Counted from the first letter of the stretch, positions 22,750-36,409 are shown. The stretch: 64,000 nucleotides of DNA from Dicyema japonicum (GCA_011109175.1 RDEW01000077.1:13957-77956), one strand, 5' to 3'. The notes: generated by a model not told the origin, from the letters alone. A program made the numbers and translations.

Positions 22750-24800
22750 CCTTCTTGATACTCCAACATGAGAGATCCACGTCTAAATACCTACAATAAT
22801 TGACCGACTTTATTCGAGCCGGATTTACAATTAAACCGAGACATTTTAAAACAGTACTCTGCTCAATTGACATACACAAAGCCTTTTACTCAGTTTCGAG
22901 GAAGATTTTATCGAGAAAAATATTTCAATCGATATCCCAGGGAAACTAAAGCTTTGGATCCAACTCCCTAAGTGGACAAAGGGGACGTGTTTGCCACGAA
23001 GGTCTGAAATCAATCTCACGTCTCCTCCCCAACGGAGTCCCACAGAAATCTTCTTTCTTCCCTGTTCTGTTTAACCTCTTTCTGTCCGATCTCCCGACTC
23101 TTGAATCTGATTATGATGTTCTACTTCCACATGCGGATGATATTGTGTTGCTTCTCGAGAAGGACATCCAGAAGGCCACAGAAAGAATACAAATTAACCT
23201 GGACAGGCTTAATGCCTGGATAATAAAAAACCGGCTCGTGGTGAATGCATAGAAGTCGTCTACGTCTCTTTTTACCTCTGACAAAAGATTGGGAAGGGAA
23301 ACAGTCAACTTGAAGTTAAACAAGGTCGGCATTTCTTACAAAATATAAGGCATTCCTGAATACAGTAAAGTCTCTTAAATTGGCTCAAAATTCTCCCTGA
23401 ACTATTTTGGGCCAATTTGGGAATCTAAAAAAATTTATTTGAAAAAAAATTAAAGTAAAATATTATTTTTATCAAAATAATCAGTTCATAAACCCTGGAC
23501 GTAATCAGTTTATAATAAAGCCCTGTCTCCTCCATATTAAAATTCGCCTTCTTTATAAAATTTGGAAATTTCTTAAAAGTGATCTCAAATCCTTCTAGGT
23601 CAGGTTGTCTGTCAGTTATCATTTCCCCATTCGAAAACCATGTCTTTTTTGAATTTTGTAGGAAATCCTTTATTATTCTTGAAATCACTAATTAATAACT
23701 TTTCAGCAATATTTTGTGCTTTATTTGATATTAGTGCCTCATTTAAAAAAGCACCTAACATAAACAAATTAAAAATACCCTTAGATTCCATCAAATCTAT
23801 CCATTCAACAAGCTTAGTATCAAGTTCAAGAAATTTTAACGATTTGCATGTCATTGTTGAAGGAATATAATTTTTAGATGTTTTTAACATGGACTTTCGG
23901 AAATTATTCACGGATTTTTTTGAAATTCGAGTATTAAATAAATCAGAAAACCTGTGAGCGACTTTTTTGGCACGATTTAGTATTATTCTCGTCTTTATAT
24001 CTCAAAATTTCGAGTTTTTGGAAACAATTAAGCCTTGACGAGAAGCTTTCGAACACATGGTAAAATTTCAATAAAATAATTTAAAAAGATTAATAAAAAT
24101 AAATTTTATTTTTTAAATTAATTATTTATCGATGTGGTTATTGAAGTTGAGGGACAGTGGCTACACCGATATTGTAAGTATTTCTATAAATTCTTTTACA
24201 GAACAATAAATCCTTATTAGTTGAGATGGTGACATTCCTCTATTCATTGTATATCTTTATTGCCTCTTCCCATTCACTCATCAAGTGGACCTTTAACCGC
24301 GAGGATCCAAAAGAAAATTGGAATTTTCAAGGCTTCTACGCACTCCCCAATATCTTCCAGTCCATCGTTAGACTTCTATACAAAAAATTTGTTCTTCCTA
24401 TTATCGAGTACGCCTGTGTTGCATGGATTGCCCCGCTATCAAAATCGGCACAGAGCAAGCTGGAAGTGTTACATAACTGATGTCTCAGGATATTATTGAG
24501 ATCTTCGAAAAAGACGTCCACTTCGTTACTACGGAGAACACTAAACCTCCCCCAATCATGGAACGTCACCGGGACTTCCTCAAGATGGCTAAGTCCTCTG
24601 ACCATCCTTTCGAGCCGGACAACAAACTATATATGGACGCCTGACCGAGAAGAAACCTTCCCCGCTGTGGAGATTAATCCAGGACTCCAAAACTAATTGC
24701 ACGAAAAGGACTGGTATGGACATCGGGATCACTTAATTAGACGATAACTTTTATCCCCTTTCCCGTGATCCGTGATTTCGAGGTTAATAAATTAAATTTA
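22750..24800 (+). mobile_element. Ingi/Vingi-like LINE fragment split by a pogo insertion
   Basis: GVPQKS..PVLFNLFLSDLP..HADDIV at 23030-23340; resumes ~24200 with RIQKKIGIFKA..YKKFVLPIIEYACVAW; 3' GGATCAC (24726)/GTGATCC (24765) stem. Confidence 0.75.
23361..24190 (-). mobile_element. pogo/Tigger-like (Tc1/mariner) transposon relic
   Basis: TA+CAGTAAAGTCTCTTAAATT terminus at 23361. ELDTKLVEWIDLMESKG...KAQNIAEKLLISDFKNNKGF..KFKK resembles the CENP-B-type HTH. The second TIR is uncertain. Confidence 0.7.
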
Positions 24801-24889
24801 TTGCCTTGTCAAAGATCTACACTTTTAACACGACTCATTTAACGTCACGGGTTTAACGAGGACGTAAAGAAACACCGCTTAAGCCAGGA

Positions 24890-25600
24890 TCTTCTTAAAT
24901 ATGGTCTATCCGTATGTTGCTTGCGAGAAACCAAAATCAGACAGTAATGTGAGTGAATACAACTTAATGTTTCCTGAATCCGATTCTTATCACTATTGTT
25001 TGGTTTTGTAATGCATGCGATCGAATCTTAATGATATATCCACAGGATGGATTTAACGAAAACTCTTATGTCTCAACTATTAATATAAACATTTTACTTT
25101 CTAGAAACATAGAAAACGTGGAAGAACTCTATTCTGCCATCTACCATGTTGAGTCGGTTGTCGTCACCCGTATTTTGTATATTGTTGGAGATTACATAAC
25201 GACAATCGCAGATTTGTAATGAATCATAGCTTATAGATGAGACAGAAAATTACTGTCAGCTAGGATAGGCTAAAAAGGAATTGAGGACATCTTTTACATC
25301 ATCTAATTTATATACGTACATCACCAACGAACGAGGTTTACAGAATATCCCTAGGGAAGATTCCGATTGGTCTATTGGAGAAGGTGGCCGGCGTATCTTA
25401 AACCATTTAGAACTGAGAGATCAGCCTTCAAGCAGGATTAGCCACGTTCGTCATTAACTAACGAAATGTTAAACAAATGGTTATAAACTTCCAGTAGGAG
25501 CCCGGATACACCACATTCAACGACATTACCAAACGTAGTCTAAAGTCAGCTGGGCTTCTGTCTATCATCGAGCCCCTATGACATGAATGCGTGGATTGGA
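24890..25600 (+). mobile_element. RTE-like endonuclease relic
   Basis: VCCLRETKI, YVSTIN, EELYSAI, YIVGDY. Confidence 0.6.
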
Positions 25601-25959
25601 GGAGACCCAATAAAGTGACAATTTTTCATTCTCATGTGAAGATTTTTCATACAAAATTTTACGTGTGTTTTATTATTCACTCCTTTAAGTTTTACATTGA
25701 CATCTCATTCTTTCTCTCTTAATGCTGACTGCCGACTCTGAAACTAACTAATTACTCAGTCCTCAAAGATGGTTTCGGCTTTGTCCCAACCCTTTAAGAA
25801 ATTTTGAATCGGTTGGAAAAATTAGTAAGAGTCATTGATGGAATTAGGAATGAAATTGCGACACGACTCAGAGGCCCTGCGAACGGAGATGGTTTTTATT
25901 GCCATCGTCCGCGGCAATGTCCTTTTTCCTTGTTGGTGTAGGAACCTGATTTGTTCAAA

Positions 25960-26200
25960 TTAAATTAAAAAAGCACTCCCGAGAAAATATAAAATGAATT
26001 AAGTTTCCTTTGTGCTGTATTCCGAATAATCCTCTCCGTCAGCCTCGACCATGATCTTCTGTTGTGTTCTAGTTTTCTCAGGTCGTTCGCCGAAGTCAGT
26101 CTCATACCAACCGCTAATAGGTCTTCATTCAAGATAGTCGGAAGTGTCGTTCTTGGTCTTCCACGGAATCCAGCTCCTGTGTGTGCGAAGCTGTTGTCCA
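25960..26200 (-). mobile_element. RTE 3' end
   Basis: RGRPRTTLPTILNEDL...RRSWSRL; 3' UTR TCTCGGGAGTGCTTT shared with the copy at 6165-6355. Confidence 0.8.
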
Positions 26201-26269
26201 TTGCGACATTTGAGGGTTCTTGGTTATTTAGAAAATATGCTCCGTCTTAACTCGAAAATATCATCTGAC

Positions 26270-26790
26270 TGTTGATAAGTTAGTTAGTTAAGTAACCCCA
26301 GTCTCACTAACTTGTAGGAGGCCAGCAGCTATTAAATTGGACGAGATGTTGGTCGCTCTCATAGATCGGTCAGTCTTGGCATTGTAGAGGAACGTTATGC
26401 CAATTCATGACATTCAAATAGGTGATTTGTTGTCAACACGTGGAGGTTGCAAAAAGGATAGAGTATATCGTATATTGGTAGATATGACTTGTTGATTATT
26501 ATTAACCCAAAAACACCAATAGTTAATCTCTTGAAATTAATTAGGTGATCCCGACAATCCTGATGAGCTTTCTCAGCTTCTCCCGATGTTGGACTTTTGA
26601 CCCAACACAGTCACGGTACGGGCGGGGGACAGTGTTCGTAAGAATACCAACTGGGGTGATGTGCTTCTGGAAACTGATTGACACAGGACGGTATGTCGAC
26701 GACAGGTTTTGCTGGAGGGTTAAGGTTAAGAAACTCTTGCCGTTTTGCTTAATGAGGTGGTCAAATGGACTGGGTGGTTTTAATTAAATA
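26270..26790 (-). mobile_element. Two Ingi/Vingi-like 3' end fragments
   Basis: 26490-26790 closely matches the 3' 300 bp of the 19860-22552 LINE. 26270-26480 encodes TNHLFEC...DL*ERP (C-terminal Cys/His region). Confidence 0.75.
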
Positions 26791-27059
26791 AATTCGGTAA
26801 TTTATGATAATTTAAATTATTAAAATTATGAAAATATTAAATAATTTTAATATTCACGTAATAATTAAATAATCACAAATATATAAACTTTTTTTGGTTG
26901 AGGTGGTTTGTCTTCAAATAGACATTCTAATTATGAGATTACTCATTAAATAAATATAACTTGAATATGATCAAATAGTGGGAGATTATAAAAATCACTT
27001 AAATATAAATAAGATATTTTAACACTTGAATAAATAAGTATAATTAATTTAATTTGGGC

Positions 27060-27400
27060 GATGTTTCATTTGTCATTAACTATCGAGATACGCTCTCGAA
27101 GCCATCCAATCTTGCATTGGTCTTTGGTTACCTTTTGCATTGCTGAGCCGATTAAACGGACGAAGTTGACCGCGATGTCAAGGATTCCTGATGTCTCAAT
27201 ATCAAAAGGGAAAAACAATTGGTCCTCCGAATTACTTTGATACTTTCTTTTCTTTTAATCATCGGCATACTTAGAATCAGCAAAACGGAAGGTCGTCATC
27301 CCATCCGAATGCTTGTCATCGTTCCATGAGAGACCAGTAGACTCCAAAATGCAATAGTGGCTATCAAGCAAGTTCGTTTTTCAACGTCATGTTATGTCGG
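27060..27400 (-). mobile_element. CRE 3' end relic
   Basis: SDGMTTF, FFPFDIETSGI, WLRERISI. Confidence 0.7.
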
Positions 27401-27889
27401 AGGAAGGGATAAATTCAACATTCAAAGCGAAATTTTCATACAACATTCATTTTAAGGGAGTATGGCAGCTATTTTCACTGTCTCATCATCGAGTAAGTTG
27501 ACAATTACAGCATACGGACAAATAGATGTTTTGAGGGATGCAAGTCTATTTGTATCCTCAGTGCTCTCAAGGGACTTTTTTCTTTTTTAAAAACACATCT
27601 TAAATGGGATTTCTGATTAGTCTAGTCATCGGACGGATCAAAGAGATAAGTCCTTCTATATTTTTGTAGTTTCTGATAGTACGTATCCATCACAAGAGAG
27701 ACCCATCTAACAGGAAGAGCTGTCTGAAACCATTCCATAATCATCTAAATGTATATTTAAAAACACTTCAACGGTTACATAATTTTACCGTCACGGAGAG
27801 ATAGAATATCTTCTCATAGCAGAAAGAACTAAGAAGTTGAATGAGATTTCAGAAAGCAGTGCACCGATGTAAGCATCTTCGAGTTAGAA

Positions 27890-28680
27890 AAAGAATCCAC
27901 ATAAGTACAGTTTATCTAGCGATTTTCCATTTCCGTGATCTAATTCCACGGGCTCCAGCACTGCTGGGATGCCTGCAACTTCAAGAGAACGCATGACAAT
28001 GTTGTTCATAGCAGCGTGGCAGGGTGCTATGCCCGCACTTCTATGCAAGGAAGCGGATGTAACCATATGCCATCGACGATTCCTCCACAACACCATCAAC
28101 TCCCAGGCGCTGTGCGATCCCAATCGGAATACAGTTTTTGTCCAAAAGGGTCCCAGAGAGGAACACGGGAGTGCATCCGCCATGCTCCGCTCCCATGGTT
28201 GGAAGCGAACACAGGCATCCAAAACGATGCTGGTTGGCCGCAGACTTTTGCGTTGTAGATATTCTCGGAGTAGATCTCATCCCAGTCGCGTTACCTAGAA
28301 ACTTCGTTCGGCGTGTCCAAACCAGTTTCATACCATTCGTGAAAAGCTATGTTCCAAGAAAGTCCGGTTAGAAAACGTAAGATATTTTGTACCAAAAGAC
28401 ATCCACTTGAGAGCGATGACAGATATGCTGGAAAAACGATCTCCAGCGTTGATCTGAGACCCGTGCCTCTGAGACGAGTAGGAAGCTTGCATTGATTCCA
28501 ATTTGGCGCGTCAAAATAAATGCTTAGAAGCGATTCAGCTGATTTTCTCAATTTCCTATCCAGTGAAAGGAGGATGCCCCGATGTTTGAAGCAGGGGGAG
28601 CAACGGAAAGCATATAGGAGTTTGGGTAAGCTGATGCTATTCTTCAAAAGGAAGAACGCTGTGTACGCATTGAGTAAAAA
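27890..28680 (-). mobile_element. CRE RT C-terminus / zinc finger / REL start
   Basis: LPKLLYAFRCSPC...LPTRLRGTGLRS; GTLLD...IAQRLG; CHAAMNNIVMRSL..AGIPAVLEP. Confidence 0.8.
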
Positions 28681-28980
28681 GAGTGTTTTTAAATTATTTA
28701 AAATTTTTTATTTGAAAAATAAATGCAAGAATTGCAATTTTAAATTTAAAAAAATATAACTAAAATTAATTATTATTCACTACTTTGTTATTTATCGAAC
28801 ATAAAAAAACTTTTGTGAAATTTTTTTGGAATCTCTTAAGCAAATATTGTTTCTTATTAAAAATCTTATAAAATTGACTAACTAACCCAAAACAGAATCA
28901 AGATATAATCGTGGATGTTTCACATATTTTAAAAATAAAAACTATTATTAAATAATTTATAATAAATTTTTCGTAACCTT

Positions 28981-29035
28981 AAAACTGGCTCCGCGGAACC
29001 CTGGGGTTCCCGAGAACATAGGTTGGGAACCACTG
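28981..29035 (+). mobile_element. Buster/Charlie-type hAT right terminus
   Basis: ...GGAACCCTGGGGTTCC...GGTTGGGAACCACTG ends at 29035, followed by CTCTAGAA (nTCTAGAn / nnnTAnnn target consensus). Confidence 0.7.
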
Positions 29036-29059
29036 CTCTAGAAGTTCGCTATTTTAAGG

Positions 29060-29880
29060 AAAAAATCTCATGTAAGGTTTACAACAAATTAAGAAAAAAT
29101 AAAAAATCAGAAAAACCGAAAAAATACAATTAAGAATTCTTCGTTTTAGATTTCTAAGGAATGGACTCTGCTTTGTCTTTAATTTTTTGGTTGTGGATTT
29201 CCAGAATATCCCTTTTATGGGCAGTTTCCTTTTCCATAAACTCAATGAATTTGGAAGAGTCATCAAATATCATATTAGTATTTCTTGGACAAGTCTGGGT
29301 TGAATTCCATCTGGCACACATTGGGAAACTTAGAAATGTCTTCCTTACGAAGAACTAGCATTCTATGATCTCAGAGTTTTTTAAATTTTGGGCCAACGGG
29401 ATCGAACGTGGATCCTACGTATTTCATATCTTTATTTTGTTCGGAACTTCATTAGAATATCTGGTGAGTTTTCGGCAAACCACGTGATAAGATTATTTGC
29501 TAAAAAAATCTGAATCAAACTCTTTGAAATCTCCGCTAATTTTTTAGAATATATCAAAGAGAGCTGAATTAACTTTCCAAATTTTATCTCAATCGATGTG
29601 GAATTGTTATTGCACGTGGAGTTAACTTGATTCCACTAGGATGAACCCAAATGTAAAAAAATCTCTTAGAGAATTGTCGCTATGAGCTCTGCTAGTATTT
29701 TAGTGGAGTGTATTATCCTGATGTCGTAGTTATGTAGGCTTAAAAATTTATTGAAAAAATCTTAAGTATTTGTGGTAGTTGAAGGGGCAAGAGAGTGATA
29801 AGAAGTTTTCAACGAAATCAAAAGTGCGATTGATTCACGACTCAGATGGATTTTTACAGCGCCCGAGAATGGCCATCATC
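29060..29880 (-). mobile_element. Possible hAT (Ac-type) transposase relic (also 47720-48560)
   Basis: PRSIPLAQNLK...FVRKT..FPMCARWNST resembles HxLxL...TRWNST. Confidence 0.35.
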
Positions 29881-29894
29881 TGCCACAATCCTCA

Positions 29895-30170
29895 TTAAGC
29901 AATGTCATAGGACGTGACAAAGCACATGCAACAAGGAAAACCAAATTTTTGCCATGTCCCGTAGCCAGTCAAAGTCCTCCCCGTCCATGATGCGTCTCTC
30001 TATTTCTTTAAGTTCTTCGTAAAAGACGGTCGGTAGGTTTCTTCGTTCGACCACAGAAACTAAAACAAAGTAGTCCTTCTTGGCTACGTTTGTGGGGGTC
30101 CCCAGGTCCATCCGAACTATATGTCTAAATAACCTCCATCTTGTCTCATATATGTTTTTGTTTCCAAATA
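29895..30170 (-). mobile_element. RTE 3' end (also ~48575-48830)
   Basis: RWRLFGHIV.MDLGTPTNVAKKDYF...LPTVFYEELK...GEDFDWLRDMAK. Confidence 0.75.
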
Positions 30171-30559
30171 AAGCAAATTCAAGTTCATTAATAATGTACC
30201 CTGGCTAATCATAATAACACCAGAGACCACGGTTACACAAACTAACTAATCACGTGATCCCACCACGTTCTAGCAGGGACCTCAGATTTTTTAAAAAGAC
30301 AATCTAAAATACTTTTCTAAATAAATCATTAAAAACGGGTTTTAATTTACGGAAAACACAATTAAATCAAATTTACTAACTGCTTCTAAACCTTTCTCCT
30401 CTTGGAAGTGGAGTCTTTGACTTGAAATCCATTCGTTTTCACCTCACTCAGGTTACCTTGAACGTCATTGAACTAATCTGCTAATTCCACCAGGTGATTG
30501 TTTGTTGTAACAGAATCTTCCTCGATAATGTGCACCCCATATTTATACTCCACTAACAT

Positions 30560-30930
30560 TGTCTCCAACGTCTTTTTGAGGACAGCGGATTTAATGTATG
30601 TTCTAGTTGGTGCTTCGACTGCAATGGCTCCCAAGTGAGATTTATAAGCCTCCGAACGAAGACACAACAAAGGAAGTAATTGGGATAACATTGTCTGCTC
30701 CAAAATTTTGGAAGACCTTAAAACGAAACAAATCAACATCGTCTGGATTGTTTGGTGTCAGCTTCAAGTGGAGGGAGTAAAACATCGCTTGGTGAATTAC
30801 TCTCCCGGTCGTTCTACAAAACGATCTGAAAGCTGTGGAGAAAACATTGGCATCTGGTGACGATCTGGATTTACTAGGGGACCTAGCAAAGAACAGAAGA
30901 GCTTGGAGCAACCTAGCTAATTCTCTTATA
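30560..30930 (+). mobile_element. RTE 3' end (also ~49240-49610)
   Basis: TLPVVLQNDLKAVEKTLASGDDLDLLGDLAKNRRAWSNL. Confidence 0.75.
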
Positions 30931-32129
30931 TTTTTTAGGAAAATCCTAAATTATATTCAAAAAAGTACAATTAGTCAAAAACATCCAGAGAAGCACCTAC
31001 TGGACGGAACTTCCTTCAAATCAGCATGCAAAGTCTGCTGAAAGAGGCCAGGATCACCCGTTTTTGTCTAATCTATGTATGGCGCTTTCTGGTTCAATAA
31101 ATTCGAAGTGAATTCGATAGATGTCGGAGGCTGGGATCACTTAATTTAGCAAATTAATACCTTCTTTCTTGGTGCTCTTGGCGTTTTGAAATAAAATGTT
31201 AAATAAATTTAATCCCACTTGTTGCTAGGATTCAAGAATGAGGAAGACGCTTCAGCTTTCGAAGCTGAGGTCAATACTAAGGTACCTTTTGTGCGGGAGT
31301 ACATAACATGTCACGGTCATTCCTAAGGCTTCGGATTCAATAGTGCTAGTCTTCGGAGTCCCTCAGGACTTAGTAGATGATAATGTAGTAATAATATTTA
31401 TTGAAACAATGCATAATCACGATGTAACGACATAACAATTTGGAATGCAAATAATACGAAAGAGACAACAGAATATATATAGGGACAAATCAAATAGTGA
31501 AAAATAATCCATATTTATAAGTTAAAAAAATATAAAATATATATTAGACATTTTGATAACAGCCTTCAACACTATTTGATAAAAATAATAATATAATGTA
31601 TGATAGAAAATACAACAAAGTAGACAAACAGCCAACCACAAGAAAGTGGCAAACGCATGCCAAATAATATATTAATGTAATTATAGGTTCGCCATATAGC
31701 TAAATTATTTTAATAATAAAAATGTATTAAATTAATTTAAGTTAGTCAAAATTTTATGTGTCTATGTCTTCGTATTCTCAGCATGTCTATTCTACCCCGC
31801 TCGAAAAGTTTTGAATTTAATGCCGTGTGACTCACCTTCATGTGAGATCGGTCACTTGAAGTTTTGGAAAAGAGTCGCAAACTCCCTATCCCACAACCAG
31901 ATCGGGATCACTTAATTATACGATATCTCTTATTCTCTTTATTTTGATTTGGGGATGAATACACATAATTAAATTCTAACACGCTTACGAGCCGATAAAC
32001 TGTGGAGACGTGTGAGGAGAAAAGTTGCATCGAGATCGCTAGTAGTACGGTTTATGAGGACAGTGCACAGCTGAAGTCCAAGTATTCATATACTTAAGGG
32101 GTAGTTTCCTCTCATAATCGCGATCTCAA

Positions 32130-32531
32130 TGTTCTGGATAAGTCATTGCGCCATTCTAGTTTCACCCTTCCTCTTCCCTATAAACCGTCGGATTAACCTG
32201 ATAAGTCAAGACATCCTCGGGCCTAATAACGCCAGATTTCTAAACAGTGATCGGTTAGAAAAAAGAATCAGTCCACGATGCCGTGGTATATCATACTTTT
32301 CAAATTTCAGCAGTGCTCGCTGCAAAACCTACGTGTAAAAACTACGCGGACCTACCAAGGATTTTTCTTTTGTTCCACTCGCCGTTGAGACGTCTGGTTC
32401 CAATGCGTCGTCTAGGGAATCGGATTTCTACGCGATCAGGAGACCCTCGTGGGCGCTGCTGGTTCTTTGAGCGAATCCTGCTCGCCATTTTGAGAGGGAA
32501 TAGCCACGCAGTTAGGTCAGCCACTATATGA
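32130..32531 (+). mobile_element. CRE 3' end (also ~50815-51218)
   Basis: FVPLAVETSG, LGNRISTRSGDPRGRCWFFERILLAILRGNSH*. Confidence 0.8.
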
Positions 32532-34839
32532 CCATTTACTCTCTTTTCTTTCCTAAATAAAATAAATAATTTTAGTAAACTTGACCATTAGGGAAATTTT
32601 AAATTTAAGTTGTTAGTTGTTTTAACGAAATTTAATAGAAAGTTAAAATTACTCTTCATTTTGCATATATTTGGTTGAGACAGCACAAGACAGAATTCTT
32701 AATGAAAATATTAAACTATTTATCTTTTACAATCTCCCGACAGCAGAGAACGAGGATCGTTTGGACATAACTTAAAAACTACACATAAATAAAATTGAAA
32801 CTATTTTTGCTAGAAAAACAAGGCAATTTAGATCATTTTGTTGAAAAAGTAAAGTTTTCAGTATATAGAGGAGGCCCGTCAGCAGGATGAAAATCTGGAT
32901 ACATCCCGGAGTTTAAATTGTGATTTACTAGAATAAAAATATCAAAGATCAGGTTTGGGCAGTTAGATGTAACGCCTTAGCAAATTCAATAGCTCCACGG
33001 TGTTTGAAAGTCAACTTGAAAATGAGCAGAATCGGTCTATCGTTAACTTCAAAGCGGATGAAAATGAACATTTCCACATAGTTCGCACATAAGAAAAGCT
33101 GTTTAACGGAGACTATTTTCAAAAAGAAAAATGGCATGGAAAGCGTTTTGAAGTCATTCCTTGGGTCAGAATGACGGAAGGTCATCAAAATCAAACATAA
33201 ATTTACTCTGTGCGAAGTGAGAAAAATTTCACCGGTTAGCGCTTCTTGAAATAATGAAAGTAACTATGATGTGCCTTGAATTCACCCTTCACGTTATTAG
33301 CGTAGATTAAATATCTGTTTATGTGTTGTTTTAATGAAAATGAATTAAACAACAAGTTATGGAATAGGTATCTATTAGTCCGCCGGTTGGCCTGGACTGT
33401 TCATCTTGGTACCCCTTTTCCTTGCTAACCATCCATTTGCTGGTCTAGGCAGTTACACATTTTAATTCCATCTCCAGAACGTTGTAGGTATAAAGCCAGT
33501 AAGCCCATCTCCAATTAGTTCTCCCTTTGTAGGTACTTACCCCAGTATGCTCTTCCAAAGTGGTCCCAGGTCCTGTAGGGACCGATGATGTGGTTAGCAA
33601 AGTCCCTTGTAGATCCCACTACGAATGTAGGGTACAATTGATGTGGGTACCCCCCTGTAGGTCCCAACTCCAGTATGTACTTCCACATTAGTCCCTGTTC
33701 CTTGGGATCAATGGTCTGGGTAACAAAGTCCCGTGTAGACTCGGACACGAATGTAGGGATCAATTGGTGTTGGTCCTAAGTCCAACTTGGAAAATATCTA
33801 GAGATTTTGACCCTTTGGCTAATGCGTCCCACAAAAGGTTCCTTCGTTTTTGTAGAATTTGTCTATTTGACCCGCAATATGTTTTTCCACTTTGTAATTT
33901 GTTCTTTTGTCTTGTAGAATAAGTTCAATCGATTTGTAGTACGTTTTCTCTCTTTGAGGAGATTCTCTTGAAGTGCAATAGGTTCCTTTGTCTTGCAATA
34001 GGGCCTTTGTAATGTGGATTTTGGCCTTTAAACTCCTTCGACTTGAGAACATGAAAGTAGAAAACGAAAATTTGAAGATGGACAGCTAACAGTGGTTCAC
34101 GCCCATAAAAGTTGTTTTAATGTACCTTTCTTCTGAAATAAAATTACTCTATTTTCGTGGTAGCAATCATTTATTGGCATATCGATTAACAACAAGAACC
34201 AGATTTGAAAATAAAAATTTTAAATTTATTTTATAAATTTTATCAAATATAAAAAAATTTAAAGGCGGAGAAGAAGCGGAAGTATGCTTTTCTCGTAAAC
34301 GAATTGGAGATAATGTATCGATCAAAGTTCATGTTAATCCTTATGTGATGACATGGATTGTATCGGGAATAAATTCCACTGGGGTACCTGAGATAGCTGG
34401 AAGTCGATAGAAATATCCGTGCATATGTACAAACAACTTTCTTCAAAATAGCCCTTTAGAACGTGTCTCGTGACTAATGGCGTACAAACTTTACTGTGGA
34501 ACCTACAAGAGGATAACGGTAGACAGTTGGAAAGAATCTTCCAGTGGAGTGGGTAAGAAAAAATGATCCTTTTTCATACCAACCTATAACTGGTAAGACA
34601 AGTCCATCCAGAACCAAATTAAAAGGTAAAAGAAGTCTATTTCCTTGCAATTGTGGAAACCCCTCCAGTGGAGTGGGGAGATCAAATGATTTTTTTCGTG
34701 CCATCCTGGCATTCCGATAAATTATTCTGTGGTTCATTTGGATAGATTGCTTCCAAGAATCTTTTTACTAAAATTCCATTTTCATCAAAAATCTAAGTTA
34801 TTTTTCCGAACATTTCATCCTTAGAAACAAGTCGGGCTC

Positions 34840-36062
34840 TTGGGTTCAATCACAGACTAACCATCAATGATAATACTTGAAGCTTTTCCGGTCCTAGACT
34901 TCCAGTGAGCATCGAAGATATGTGACCTCCGGTGAGCAGACGTACAGCATTAGCAGCTGGAAGACTGAGGACGGCAAGCCTCCTACAGGATAGGGAGGTC
35001 GGGCTAGTAACTAATGAAACTGGAAATGACATTGTATAACTTCTCCCAAAATCAAACAGAAGCTATTTTTACTGTCGAGGAGATGGTATGTCTCTAAGGT
35101 TATCTAAACCTCCATATGTGAGATAAAAATTAAATAACAAGAGGAGGTGAAAAAAATGGTTGTTGAGATTTACAAAAGTCAATTCAAAAAAAGGTTTAAC
35201 CAAAGCCAGATGTCACCAATGTTTATTGGAATCAATGGAGACGCTTGTCATAGCGATTCTTAAAAATGTGGACGCAGAATCGACCATCGTATGTTGGAGT
35301 GGAATATTCGCTAGGGTTCAGCGCTCAGCCCCCTGCTATTCAGCATTCTCATGGCTATGATGTCGCTATAGAAATTCTTAAGGATTACGCAAAAATCTCG
35401 TATGTGTCCAGCCATGAAAATAGTCGACAACAGGAAATAGCGTGTCTCCAAGGGTTTGACAATCTCAGCAAAAAACTAATCCTCTGCTGATCTCTAACAT
35501 TCGTAAATTCAATCGACAATGCTGCGACTTGAGGAACAAAAAAGATGCCGTACACTTACACTACCTAGGAGAGTTAATTTGAAAAAAATGGACTTTATGG
35601 AAGACATAGTTTTAGAAAAAAAGGGTTTTCCAAGCACATCTATGTCTGTAATAGTTAAAAATTGGATGAGATTTTTATGTTCTTTCGGACAAGTCGTCCT
35701 GCACTGTCCCTGCACTTTTTTATGTGACACCAATATATTTGCATACACATTAACTGGGCGGCGCAGTGTAATGAATGCCGGTAAAAATGACTGATGGCCC
35801 TTAGTTCGAACCTTGCGAATGAAAGTTCATGCATCTACGATGCTTTAGATTTATGAGTGACGCCTTATTAATGAACATCTCACTGCAGAACAGGATCGTT
35901 TAACAAAAAAGACCACAACCAACAAAAAGAATAAAGAAGTGAAGAGCATTCCTTGGTTTTCCCTCGTTGATTAGTCTGATAATTCTTCTTTACTTAAATA
36001 AAGTGTGTGTTCTGCCTGGGAAAGATATAGCTACTATAGCTCTTCGTAAAATGCAGTATTAT
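34840..36062 (+). mobile_element. I/Ingi-like LINE 3' part with RNase H-like domain and family D tail (also ~51734-53065)
   Basis: RRTALAAGRLRTASLLQDREVGL; ISYVSSHENSRQQEIA (compare WVPSH..GNE.AD); LTGRRSVMNA; then the family D 3' UTR and (TAT)n tail. Confidence 0.55.
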
Positions 36063-36409
36063 TATACACATTAATTATTTTTATTTGTTTTCTGCTAGTC
36101 CATAATTTGATTACGCAATCATTGTCCTATTTATGCATTTTCAGGCTTTGAGGAATGTCAAATCCAATGCCGTAATAGTTTAACTCTGGTTGTAGTACAA
36201 TAAATTTGTACTCACATAATCCTCAACAAGCTTAGTTCGAGACTTTTGGAGAGAAGCTTTATAGTTAATAATGACTTTTTCCATTTTAGAATAGAGACTC
36301 CTTATAGTCGTTTTTATGACTGAAATTAAATGTAATTAGCAAAAAGTTTTTTATCATTATCATTTTTTTTAAACATTAATTTTAATCAACAAATAAATTA
36401 ATTTAGACA

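Noticed and set aside
8230-29035. One giant 20.8-kb hAT bounded by CAGTGGTTCCCA... and ...TGGGAACCACTG
   Set aside because: The flanking 8-mers differ (TAGTAACA vs CTCTAGAA), so there is no TSD. These are more likely ends of separate elements.
31225-31380. Hammerhead-like cluster of small hairpins; other CTGATGA hits at 13326, 26563 and 43685
   Set aside because: No CUGAnGA-stem-GAAA core can be completed, and several hits lie in coding relics.
34530-34620. TACC/GGTA as a compensatory variant of the P4 stem of the HDV-like fold
   Set aside because: The segment aligns equally well to the P3 hairpin of a deleted variant (like 41762-41810), so it cannot be used as covariation evidence.
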